Origin: Corallococcus sp. BB11-1
GTDB lineage: Bacteria; Myxococcota; Myxococcia; Myxococcales; Myxococcaceae
Length of the DNA stretch: 64,000 bases
Assembly: GCF_026626625.1 (NCBI RefSeq)
Contig: NZ_JAPNJY010000032.1
Location: forward strand, 74,976-138,975
Direction: 5' to 3'
Position numbers and translations under genes: made by a program. This document shows positions 18,816 to 36,449 of the stretch, one piece after another; the first letter of the stretch is position 1; every line of letters begins with the position of its first letter. The notes under the pieces are model-generated. The model was not told the origin of the DNA. It saw nothing but the letters and a program-made list of their open reading frames with translations, and ran no database searches.

Positions 18816-19271
18816 TCAGGCTCGCGGAGAAGACGCCGCGCCGCCCGAATTCTTGGTCGCGCCGTGGGCCCGACGGGTGGGCTTCAGCAGTACATCCAGC
18901 TTCTTCGACAGGCGGCCCAGCTCGTGGGTGATCTGCTCCACCTGGGACTGGCTGGCGACGCCCACCGCCTCCACGACCCTCGCCTGCAGCCCGTCCAGCC
19001 GCTTGCGCAGCTCCACGCTGGCGGCGTCCACCTTCTTGCTCAGCTCCTGCACCCGGGGGTCCGTGCGCAGCTCACCGGCCTGCACCTTCACCCACAGGGC
19101 CTGGACCTCCTTCGCCGCTTCCTGGCTCCGGGTCTCCAGTACCTTGAAGGCCTTGTTGGCCTCCCCTTCCAGCCCCTCGAACCGCTTCTGGGCCTGGGAG
19201 AACTGCCCCTTGAGGAAGTTCTCCACGTTCTGCGTCACGGCCGTCACCTTCGCGTTCGTCGTCGTCGTCAT
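18816..19271 (-). CDS. Second phasin-like coiled-coil protein
   Basis: MTTTTNAKVTAVTQNVENFLKGQFSQAQKRFEGLEGEANKAFKVLETRSQEAAKEVQALW... has the same architecture as the adjacent phasin. I take the start at 19271. Confidence 0.6.
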   Translation of the reverse strand: MTTTTNAKVTAVTQNVENFLKGQFSQAQKRFEGLEGEANKAFKVLETRSQEAAKEVQALWVKVQAGELRTDPRVQELSKKVDAASVELRKRLDGLQARVVEAVGVASQSQVEQITHELGRLSKKLDVLLKPTRRAHGATKNSGGAASSPRA

Positions 19272-19367
19272 GTCCTGCTCCCCCGCCCGGCTTCCCGGGC
19301 TCAGATAACGTGATGCGTCAACATAACGCACCGCGACATGCTGTCAAGACAACAGGCGACGAACTGT

Positions 19368-19439
19368 GCAAAACAAGAAAGCCGCCGCCCCGGCATGACC
19401 CAGGACGGCGGCTGACTCGAGGAGCGTCAGGGACGCTCC
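19368..19439 (-). terminator. Putative rpoC transcription terminator (double hairpin plus U-tract)
   Basis: Downstream of the rpoC TAG on the minus strand there are two hairpins. The first is GGAGCGTC-cctg-GACGCTCC (8-bp perfect stem). The second is AGCCGCCG...CGGCGGCT and is followed by TTCTTGTTTTG. Confidence 0.55.
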
Positions 19440-19449
19440 TCAGGAAGCA

Positions 19450-23658
<4,209 letters not shown>

Positions 23659-23790
23659 GTTGCCTCCGAAAACTTATGAGCGCTCAAGGCGCCAAACGTT
23701 TCGGGCCCCCGCCCTGCACCCGGTCGGCCGCTCCCTCCACGAGGAAGCGATACCGACCGGTCAGGCGGGCGCACCGGCTGCTAAAAAGGC

Positions 23791-28017
<4,227 letters not shown>

Positions 28018-28089
28018 TCGGTCTCCGGAGACGGCTGCTCGGGCGGGGCAAACTTCAGTAACGCGCGGCGGCGCCGGGAAATTTGGCAA

Positions 28090-28197
28090 ATGTCAAATGG
28101 GCAAAGCCGGCGCCCCAGCAAAGGGGACGCCGGCCTGCTCATCCGGTCAGGAGGCTGCCCGGGATTTCCCGGAAGAACAGGACAGCCCCTGTCAGAA
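28090..28197 (-). promoter_or_regulatory. rplL-rpoB intergenic attenuator/partial terminator region
   Basis: Several hairpins (GACAG-ggg-CTGTC; CCGGG-aaat-CCCGG; GCCGGCGTCCCC...GGGGCGCCGGC) are followed by a T-rich TTTGCCCATTTGAC. The position matches the known rplJL-rpoBC attenuator in other bacteria. Confidence 0.45.
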
Positions 28198-28566
28198 CTA
28201 CTTCACTTCGACGGTGGCGCCAGCCGCGGTGAGCTGGTCCTTGATCTTCTTGGCGTCGTCCTTGTTGACGCCTTCCTTGACCGTCTTGGGCGCGCCCTCG
28301 ACCAGGTCCTTGGCCTCCTTCAGGCCCAGGCCGGTGATGGCGCGGATCTCCTTGATGACGTTGATCTTGTTCGCGCCCGCGTTCGCGAGAACGACGTTGA
28401 ACTCCGTCTTCTCCTCGACAGGAGCGGCGGCGACGGCGGGACCCGCGGCAACGGCAACGGCCGCGGCGGAAACGCCCCACTTGGTCTCGAGGGCCTTCAC
28501 GAGCTCAGCGGCCTCCAGGATGGTCAGGGAGGAGAGGTCTTCGGCAATCTTGTTCAGGTCAGCCAT
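28198..28566 (-). CDS. rplL: 50S ribosomal protein L7/L12
   Basis: 122 aa: [27 protein letters not shown]...[44 protein letters not shown]. Confidence 0.97.
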   Translation of the reverse strand: MADLNKIAEDLSSLTILEAAELVKALETKWGVSAAAVAVAAGPAVAAAPVEEKTEFNVVLANAGANKINVIKEIRAITGLGLKEAKDLVEGAPKTVKEGVNKDDAKKIKDQLTAAGATVEVK

Positions 28567-28658
28567 GGAACTGTGTCCTTCTGGTGTTGACTAACGGCCG
28601 GCGACCCAGTGGGTCAGCCCAGCCGTGGGGGTGTCGGTAGAAAAACTTCTCGGGACGA

Positions 28659-29180
28659 TTACTCGGGCTTCGACTTGTCCGCGTTGGCCTGGATGACCCG
28701 CGCGAGCTGCGACCCGGGGGCCGCGATGGTCCGAACCAGCTTGCCAGCAGGCTGGTTGAGCATTCCGAGCAGCTGCCCTCGGAGCTCGTTGAGGCCCGGC
28801 AGCTTCGCCAGCGCCTTCACGCCGTTGACGTCGACCTTGCGGCCGTCCACCACGGCGCTGCGGACCTTGATGGTCTCCATGTCCTTGATGAAATCCATCA
28901 GGATCTTGGCAGGAGCCACCACGTCGTCGTAGCTGATGCACAGGGCCACCGGCCCCGTGAAGTCATCCGAAATCACGGACAACGGCGTGCCTTCAGCAGC
29001 ACGGCGCGCCAGCGTGTTCTTGATGACCTTGTATTCGACCTTGCCCTCGCGGAACTTGCGACGAAGCTTGGTCACCGTCTCCACATCCACCTTGGAGAAC
29101 TCGGCGACCACCGCGGACTTGGTCCGGGCGAACTTCTCGTTGAGTTCCTTGATCATCACTTCCTTCTCGCTCTTCAGCAC
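28659..29180 (-). CDS. rplJ: 50S ribosomal protein L10
   Basis: 173 aa, conserved L10 N-terminus, positioned between rplA and rplL. Confidence 0.97.
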   Translation of the reverse strand: MLKSEKEVMIKELNEKFARTKSAVVAEFSKVDVETVTKLRRKFREGKVEYKVIKNTLARRAAEGTPLSVISDDFTGPVALCISYDDVVAPAKILMDFIKDMETIKVRSAVVDGRKVDVNGVKALAKLPGLNELRGQLLGMLNQPAGKLVRTIAAPGSQLARVIQANADKSKPE

Positions 29181-29578
29181 CTTGACTCACCTCCTTTATG
29201 GCCCGGCCTGACGGTCGGGCGTGATGCCTGGGCCAAAGTGGCAGAGCGAGGGAGGAGCCTCCGAGAGGCACCACACCGCACCTCCAGTCTCGGCAGGGCT
29301 GACCTTGCGGCCGTTTGAACCAGGAGTGGAATCAACGGCCCGACCGGTTGCCCGGTTCCCAACGGACGCGTCTTCTTCCCTTCCAGGTCCCTGCTGTCAT
29401 GAACCAGGTCGGAACACCGTGTCTCTCGACATGGCGCTCCAATTGCAAAAGCCGGGGGCCTATACCCCCGGCTTTCGCAAAGATCCAGCACTTTCTATGC
29501 GACCAGCGTCCAGCAGGCGACAGGACGGGCGCTCCCCGTCAGGGAGTGCACCTTTTCCGGCCCGCTTCGCCCCGCGAA
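29181..29578 (-). promoter_or_regulatory. Long rplJ 5' leader (candidate L10 leader autoregulatory RNA)
   Basis: A 398-nt non-coding gap lies between the rplA stop and the rplJ start, in the position where L10(L12)4-binding leader structures occur. I did not verify the structure. Confidence 0.4.
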
Positions 29579-30292
29579 TTAACGGTGACGCGCCAGGATT
29601 TCGGTGGTGTCGAGCTTGATGCCCGGCCCCATCGTCGTCGAGATGGCGATGCCCTGCAGGTAGACGCCCTTCGCGGTGGCCGGCTTGAGCTTCATCACCA
29701 GGTCCACCAGCGCGTTGAAGTTCGCCTCCAGCTTGGCCGTTTCGAAGGAGGCCTTGCCCATCTTCGCGTGGACGATGCCCGCCTTCTCCGCGCGGAAGTC
29801 GACCTTACCGCCCTTGGAGTCACGGATGGCCTTGGCCACGTCCATCGTGACCGTGCCGACCTTCGGGTTGGGCATGAGGCCGCGGGGACCGAGCACCTTA
29901 CCGAGGCGACCGACCACGCCCATCATGTCCGGCGTCGCGATGACGGTGTCGAAGTCGAGGAAGCCCTCCTCGATGCGCTTCTGGAGGTCCTCCGCGCCCA
30001 CGATGTCGGCGCCGGCGTTGGCCGCCTCGGTGGCGCGCTCGCCCTTGGCGAACACGGCCACGCGCACGGTGGCGCCAGTGCCGTGCGGGAGCACCACGGC
30101 GCCACGGACCATCTGGTCCGCGTGCTTCGGGTCCACGCCCAGGTTGATGGCGACATCCACCGTCTGGTCGTACTTCGTCGCACGCGACTCGACCGTCTTC
30201 TTCAGCAGCGCGAAGCCCTCGGCGACGGGATAGCGCTTGTTGCGGTCCACCAGCTCGGAGGACGCGCGGAACTTCTTTCCATTGGTAGCCAT
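29579..30292 (-). CDS. rplA: 50S ribosomal protein L1
   Basis: 237 aa: [32 protein letters not shown]... Confidence 0.97.
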   Translation of the reverse strand: MATNGKKFRASSELVDRNKRYPVAEGFALLKKTVESRATKYDQTVDVAINLGVDPKHADQMVRGAVVLPHGTGATVRVAVFAKGERATEAANAGADIVGAEDLQKRIEEGFLDFDTVIATPDMMGVVGRLGKVLGPRGLMPNPKVGTVTMDVAKAIRDSKGGKVDFRAEKAGIVHAKMGKASFETAKLEANFNALVDLVMKLKPATAKGVYLQGIAISTTMGPGIKLDTTEILARHR

Positions 30293-30321
30293 GGCAGGAA
30301 TCCTTGAAAGATGGGGGCGGG

Positions 30322-30768
30322 CTAGCCGACGACTTCAATGCCCATGGAGCGCGCGGTGCCAGCAATGGTGTTCATGCAGGCTTCGAGGGACGCGGCGGTG
30401 GTGTCCTGGATCTTCTTGTTGGCGATCTCCTCGAGCTGCTTCCGGGTGATCTGCCCCACCTTCTCCTTGCCCGGCTTCTTCGCGCCCGAACCCTTCTTCT
30501 TCTCCGTGTGGAGACCCGCGGCCTTCTTGATGAGGATGGCGGCGGGAGGCGTCTTCATGATGAAGGTGAAGGAGCGGTCCGCATACACGGTGATGATCAC
30601 CGGGATGATGAGACCTTCCTTCGCCTCTGCCTGCGTCTTGGCGTTGAACTGCTTGCAGAACTCCATGATGTTCACGCCCTGCTGACCGAGGGCGGGACCA
30701 ATCGGCGGGGCGGGGTTCGCCTTGCCGGCGGGGATCTGCAACTTGACCTGACCTGTGATCTTCTTCAT
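30322..30768 (-). CDS. rplK: 50S ribosomal protein L11
   Basis: 148 aa: [45 protein letters not shown]... Confidence 0.97.
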   Translation of the reverse strand: MKKITGQVKLQIPAGKANPAPPIGPALGQQGVNIMEFCKQFNAKTQAEAKEGLIIPVIITVYADRSFTFIMKTPPAAILIKKAAGLHTEKKKGSGAKKPGKEKVGQITRKQLEEIANKKIQDTTAASLEACMNTIAGTARSMGIEVVG

Positions 30769-30871
30769 CGGCGGACTGCTGCCTTTCGATGGGGTGGTTC
30801 CAGCGGGTCGCCAGACGGGACGACCCTCCCACCCGTTGATCCGCGCCCGTCATCCGGACGCGGAAGCCTGA

Positions 30872-31420
30872 TTAGCCGGTGGTCTTCTCCACCTGCATGA
30901 AATCGAGTTCCACGGGGGTCGCGCGACCGAAGATGCTGACGAGCACGCGGACGCGGCCCTTCTCCGGGTTGACCTCTTCCACCGTGCCATTGAAGTTCGC
31001 GAACGGACCGTCGATGACGCGCACGGTGTCGCTCGTCTCGAACTGGACCTTGGGCTTGGTCTTGTGGGCGCCCTCGGTCACCTGAGCGGTGAGCCGGGCG
31101 ACCTCCGCGTCCGACATGGGCCGGGGCTGCTCGTTCTGCCCCACGCCCGGGAAGCCGGTCACCTTGGAGGTGTTCTTCACCAGGTGCAGGGTGGTGTCGC
31201 TGAGTTCCATCTGGACGAAGATGTAGCCCGGGAAGAGCTTGCGGCGGGTGGTCTTCTTCTCGCCGTTCACCATCTCCACGACCTGCTCCATGGGGATGAG
31301 GATCTCACCGATCAAGTCCTGGTCCTGAAGGCCCTTGAGGCGCACCTGCTCCTCCAGGTTCTTCTTCGCCTGGTTCTCGTAGTTCGAGTAGGTCTGGACC
31401 GTGAACCATTTCTTCGCCAT
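30872..31420 (-). CDS. nusG: Transcription termination/antitermination factor NusG
   Basis: Starts MAKKWFTVQTYSNYENQAKKNLEEQ with a KOW motif (FANFNGTVEEV...) at the C-terminus. Its ATG overlaps the secE TAA stop (TAATG). Confidence 0.95.
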   Translation of the reverse strand: MAKKWFTVQTYSNYENQAKKNLEEQVRLKGLQDQDLIGEILIPMEQVVEMVNGEKKTTRRKLFPGYIFVQMELSDTTLHLVKNTSKVTGFPGVGQNEQPRPMSDAEVARLTAQVTEGAHKTKPKVQFETSDTVRVIDGPFANFNGTVEEVNPEKGRVRVLVSIFGRATPVELDFMQVEKTTG

Positions 31421-31863
31421 TACAGCTTCCCCCACAGGGCAGGCAGCCACTCCACCATCAAGTTGTAGGCGACGGTGTCGATGCAGAAGAGGAGCACCGC
31501 CGCCACGAGCGAAGCGACGACCACGGCCATGGTCGAAGCCCGGGTCTCCGACCAGGTGGGCCAGGTGACCTTCATCAGCTCGGACGCCACGTCGATGGAC
31601 AGGGCGTGTGTGCGGGGGTGGAAGTAGGCTGCCAGCGCCAACCCGAGGGCCACGCCGTAGCCCACCAGGGTCGATACACGCCAGCCCAGGCCTTCGAAGA
31701 GTTCGACGTCGCTCCAACCGAACCGGCTCCAGAGCAACCCGAAGACATGCTCCAGGAAGAGGGCCAGGACGATGCCGGCGACGAGATAGAAGATGACCAC
31801 GAGCCGCTTGGGGTCGATGCCCGAGCGGTTAGCCTGCTGGCTGGCCTCAGTTGCCGTCGCCAT
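31420..31863 (-). CDS. secE: Preprotein translocase subunit SecE (long, multi-TM form)
   Basis: 147 aa with three hydrophobic segments, in the canonical position between tRNA-Trp and nusG. Confidence 0.85.
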   Translation of the reverse strand: MATATEASQQANRSGIDPKRLVVIFYLVAGIVLALFLEHVFGLLWSRFGWSDVELFEGLGWRVSTLVGYGVALGLALAAYFHPRTHALSIDVASELMKVTWPTWSETRASTMAVVVASLVAAVLLFCIDTVAYNLMVEWLPALWGKL

Positions 31864-31949
31864 GGTGCCTCACGAGGGACTGCGGAAGCTGGACTGCGAA
31901 AAGACAGGGACCCCCGGCACCGCTCGGTACCGGGGGTCCCTGTACTGAA

Positions 31950-32025
31950 GCTGGCAGGCCAGGAGGGATTCGAACCCCCAACACGCGGATTTGGAGACCG
32001 CTGCTCTACCGTTGGAGCTACTGGC
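31950..32025 (-). tRNA. tRNA-Trp (anticodon CCA)
   Basis: The minus-strand sequence AGGCCAGTAGCTCCAACGGTAGAGCAGCGGTCTCCAAATCCGCGTGTTGGGGGTTCGAATCCCTCCTGGCCTGCCA folds as a cloverleaf. The anticodon loop is CTCCAAA and the 3' CCA is encoded. Confidence 0.9.
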
Positions 32026-32049
32026 CTAAACCTTCATGGAACCCGCGAC

Positions 32050-32214
32050 CTAGACCTTGCCTTCCTTGTGGTCCGTATGCTTGCGGCACCGAGGACAGAA
32101 CTTGCTCAGTTCGAGCTTGTCCTGGCTCTTCCGCTTGTTCTTCGTGGTCGTGTAGTTCCGCTCTTTGCACGTGGTGCATTCGAGCGAGATGATGGAACGG
32201 TTACCCTTCGGCAT
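32050..32214 (-). CDS. rpmG: 50S ribosomal protein L33
   Basis: 54 aa: [54 protein letters not shown], with the C4 zinc-ribbon cysteines. It was missed by the minimum-length ORF track. Confidence 0.9.
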   Translation of the reverse strand: MPKGNRSIISLECTTCKERNYTTTKNKRKSQDKLELSKFCPRCRKHTDHKEGKV

Positions 32215-32308
32215 GGCTCATTTCACCAGATGCGAGAGGGGAAGGCTACAAAAGCAGCCCTCCCCTCGGCAACTCAGTGCCCGTGGAAGCTGGTCGGCGT
32301 GAAGCCGA

Positions 32309-33499
<1,191 letters not shown>

Positions 33500-33515
33500 G
33501 ACACTCCTCGAAAAA

Positions 33516-33591
<76 letters not shown>

Positions 33592-33612
33592 TTGGCGATG
33601 CACTACAACGGT

Positions 33613-33688
<76 letters not shown>

Positions 33689-33697
33689 ATTGCCGAG

Positions 33698-33781
33698 TGG
33701 AGGGAGATGGATTCGAACCATCGAAGGCGTAGAGCCGGCAGATTTACAGTCTGCTCCCTTTGGCCGCTTGGGTATCCCTCC
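33698..33781 (-). tRNA. tRNA-Tyr (anticodon GUA)
   Basis: The minus-strand sequence GGAGGGATACCCAAGCGGCCAAAGGGAGCAGACTGTAAATCTGC...GGTTCGAATCCATCTCCCTCCA has a long variable arm and is about 84 nt. The CCA is not encoded. Confidence 0.88.
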
Positions 33782-33874
33782 AGATATTCGATTGTGGTGC
33801 TGCGGCCGCTTCCTACACACAAACTGCCAAACCGACTTCGTGTCCCGGGCCCTACTCCGCGGCCCGTCCTACCT

Positions 33875-33947
33875 GGCCGGCGGCGGGACTTGAACCCGCG
33901 ACCTACTGATTACAAATCAGTTGCTCTACCGACTGAGCTACACCGGC
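33875..33947 (-). tRNA. tRNA-Thr (anticodon UGU)
   Basis: The minus-strand sequence GCCGGTGTAGCTCAGTCGGTAGAGCAACTGATTTGTAATCAGTAGGTCGCGGGTTCAAGTCCCGCCGCCGGCC is 73 nt. The CCA is not encoded. Confidence 0.9.
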
Positions 33948-34073
33948 ATCACTCCAGCAACTGCCCCGCCCTACCTCATCCCTGGCGGACCGTCAACCAC
34001 CCGGCAGCGACTTGAGAGGCGCGACCTTTTAGAAGTCCCCACTCTCCAAGTCAAGGAGATTGATCCGGGGTCG

Positions 34074-34877
34074 TCAGCGGGCCGGACGGCCCCGTTGACG
34101 GGCGACCTCGTATAGCAGAATCGCGGCGGAAACAGACGCATTCAATGAACCGACCTGACCGCCCATCGGAATCCGGAGGCGGAAGTCGCAGTGCTTGAGG
34201 ACGCCTTCCCTCACGCCCGCCCCCTCGGCGCCCACGACGAGTGCCAGGGGACCGTCCAGCCGGGCGCTCCACAGGGGCTCGGAACCTTCGATGTCCGCGG
34301 CCGCGATCCAGAGTCCCGCTTCCTTCAGCTGCTCGATGGCGCGGGAGATGTTGGTGACGCGGGCGATGGCGCAATACTCAACAGCTCCGGCGGAGGCCTT
34401 GGCCACCGTTCCCGTCACCTGGACCGCGCGGTCCTTGGCCAGGACGACTCCGTGGGCCCCGAGTGCGTGGGCCGAGCGGATGATGGCCCCCAGGTTGTGG
34501 GGATCCTGGATGCCGTCGAGCACGACGACCAGGGCCGGTTGGGACCGCGCCTTCGCCACGGCGAGCACGTCCTCCAGGTCGACGTACTGGAAGCCCCGGA
34601 GTTCGGCGACGACGCCCTGGTGCACGCCTCCCTCCGCCATGGCGGACAGCCGCTCCTTGCCGACCTTCTCCACGCGGACCCCGGCATCGCGCGCGCGGCT
34701 GAGCAGCTCGCCCGCGGCCTTGGCGCCCACCTGTCCGTCGACGATGAAGATGCGCTCCATGGCGTCGGGATGGGCGCGCAGGGCCTCCAGCACGGGATTG
34801 ACGCCATAGACGTAGCGTGGCGCTTCGGTGCCACCGCGCTCGCGCTCGCTGCCTGCCTTGGGTGAACGCTCTCGCAT
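34074..34877 (-). CDS. TrmH/SpoU-family 23S rRNA 2'-O-methyltransferase (RlmB-like)
   Basis: The SPOUT knot motifs DGIQDPHNLGAIIRSAHALGAHGVV and LVVGAEGAGVREGVLKHCDFRLRIPMGGQVGSLNASVSAAILLYE are present. The start is possibly downstream of the ORF-track M. Confidence 0.85.
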   Translation of the reverse strand: MRERSPKAGSERERGGTEAPRYVYGVNPVLEALRAHPDAMERIFIVDGQVGAKAAGELLSRARDAGVRVEKVGKERLSAMAEGGVHQGVVAELRGFQYVDLEDVLAVAKARSQPALVVVLDGIQDPHNLGAIIRSAHALGAHGVVLAKDRAVQVTGTVAKASAGAVEYCAIARVTNISRAIEQLKEAGLWIAAADIEGSEPLWSARLDGPLALVVGAEGAGVREGVLKHCDFRLRIPMGGQVGSLNASVSAAILLYEVARQRGRPAR

Positions 34878-34882
34878 GGGGA

Positions 34883-35329
34883 CTACTGGACCTCGACGGG
34901 CAGCGAGAAGGTCTTCTTCTGACGGGCGCAGATCTTCTCCGTGCAGATGAAGAAGGTCAGCGTCGCATCCAGTGTTCCCTTGCCGGCGGTGGCCGCGGTG
35001 AACGGGACCTCGAAGCGCGGATCCACGTACGGCTGCCCCTGGGCCTTCTTCGCCACGGATTGTTCGAGGGTCAGCGTCTTCTGCGCGGGCGTCAGCTGGG
35101 TGCCCTTGAGCTCCAGCTTCAGGGGGGCCTCGTCGGAGACGTGCGCCCCGGCCTTCGACTTGATGGCCAGCACGAAGGTGCCCTGCCCTCCCGCCTTCAC
35201 CTGCGTCGACGTGCCCTCGGTGGTCACTTCATAGAGGGTGGCGGGATCCACGTCCTGGGCCAGCACCGGGGCGCTGACGAGGGTCAGCAGCAGGGTGGCC
35301 AGGTGCGGGAATCGGCGGGGGCTCGGCAT
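34883..35329 (-). CDS. Secreted hypothetical protein (148 aa) with C-terminal C-x4-C pair
   Basis: MPSPRRFPHLATLLLTLVSAPVLAQD is a signal peptide. The C-terminus is TLTFFICTEKICARQKK. A DsbD-alpha-like thiol-disulfide fold is conceivable but speculative. Confidence 0.5.
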   Translation of the reverse strand: MPSPRRFPHLATLLLTLVSAPVLAQDVDPATLYEVTTEGTSTQVKAGGQGTFVLAIKSKAGAHVSDEAPLKLELKGTQLTPAQKTLTLEQSVAKKAQGQPYVDPRFEVPFTAATAGKGTLDATLTFFICTEKICARQKKTFSLPVEVQ

Positions 35330-35395
35330 GGGTCGTCTCCTGGAAGGCGGCGCTCGTATATCGGGGCTTGGGACGCGCGGGGAGCCCTTTCTCTT

Positions 35396-36373
35396 CTAAC
35401 TCCGGGGCACTCCCACCTTCACTTGGGACTTGCGCGGTGGCGGCGGTGGGAGCAGCGCCTGGGGTGTCTCCAGCGCGGCACTCCATACGGGAGTGGCTCC
35501 AGCGACCAGGGCCTCCGCGCGCAGGATGATGGGGGTGGCCAGGTCCATGCCCGTCGCGGCTTCCATCTCCAGCAACGCGGGAGAGCTGTTCACCTCGAAG
35601 ACCTTGGGCTGCCCCTGGACATCCAGGATGTCCACCGCGGCCACCTCCAGGCCCACCAACCGGGCGACCTTCTCCGCCGTGGCACGGTGGCTGGGGGACA
35701 GCTCCAGGGCCTCCAGCCGGGCCCCGCGGTTCAGGGTGTGCGAGAGGCGGCCGGGGCGCGGCTTGCGCAGCACCGCCGCGACCGCCTCGCCTCCTACCAC
35801 CAGCACCCGGACGTCCTGCCCGGTGCTTCGCACGTACTCCTGCATGACGATGTTGTGGCCCAGGCCCAGCACCGCTTCCAGCGCGGCCTCCAGCGATTGG
35901 AGGCTCTCGCACACCATCACGCCGTGCTTCTCCTGGCCCTGGAGGAGCTTGACCAGCACGGGCACCCCCCCCACGAGCCCGACCATCTCCTTGAGGTGGG
36001 CGGCGTCGCGGGCCATCACCGTGGCCGGGATGTCGATGCCGTGGGCGGACAGGAGTTGGAGCGCGCGCATCTTGTTGCGCGACTGCGCGATGGCCTGGGC
36101 ATGGTTCACCAGGGGCACACGCGCCAGGCCGAACTGGTTCACCACCGCGAGCCCGTAGGTGCTGATGGACAGGGCGATGCGCGGGATGACGACGTCGGTG
36201 GGCGTCAGCTTCTTGCGGTCGTAGAAGAGAGTCGCCCGGCTGCCCCCGTCCAGATGCATCTGCACCCGGAGCGGGTTGAGCACGCGCACCCGGTGCCCCC
36301 TGGCGCGACCTGCGTCGACGATCCGCCGCGTGGACGAAATGGAGGCGGAGCGCGAGAGGACAGTGATTTTCAT
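35396..36373 (-). CDS. RimK-family ATP-grasp ligase (alpha-L-glutamate ligase-like)
   Basis: Starts MKITVLSRSASISSTRRIVDAGRARGHRV and contains the ATP-grasp core GGVPVLVKLLQGQEKHGVMVCES...VRVLVVGGEAVAAVLRKP...LEVAAVDIL. Confidence 0.85.
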   Translation of the reverse strand: MKITVLSRSASISSTRRIVDAGRARGHRVRVLNPLRVQMHLDGGSRATLFYDRKKLTPTDVVIPRIALSISTYGLAVVNQFGLARVPLVNHAQAIAQSRNKMRALQLLSAHGIDIPATVMARDAAHLKEMVGLVGGVPVLVKLLQGQEKHGVMVCESLQSLEAALEAVLGLGHNIVMQEYVRSTGQDVRVLVVGGEAVAAVLRKPRPGRLSHTLNRGARLEALELSPSHRATAEKVARLVGLEVAAVDILDVQGQPKVFEVNSSPALLEMEAATGMDLATPIILRAEALVAGATPVWSAALETPQALLPPPPPRKSQVKVGVPRS

Positions 36374-36449
36374 GGCGGAGGCGACCGGCCCGGCGAGGTC
36401 CTATAACCCCCGCCATGGCCCGGGTAAAGCCGCCTCCGCCCGCCGCGCT

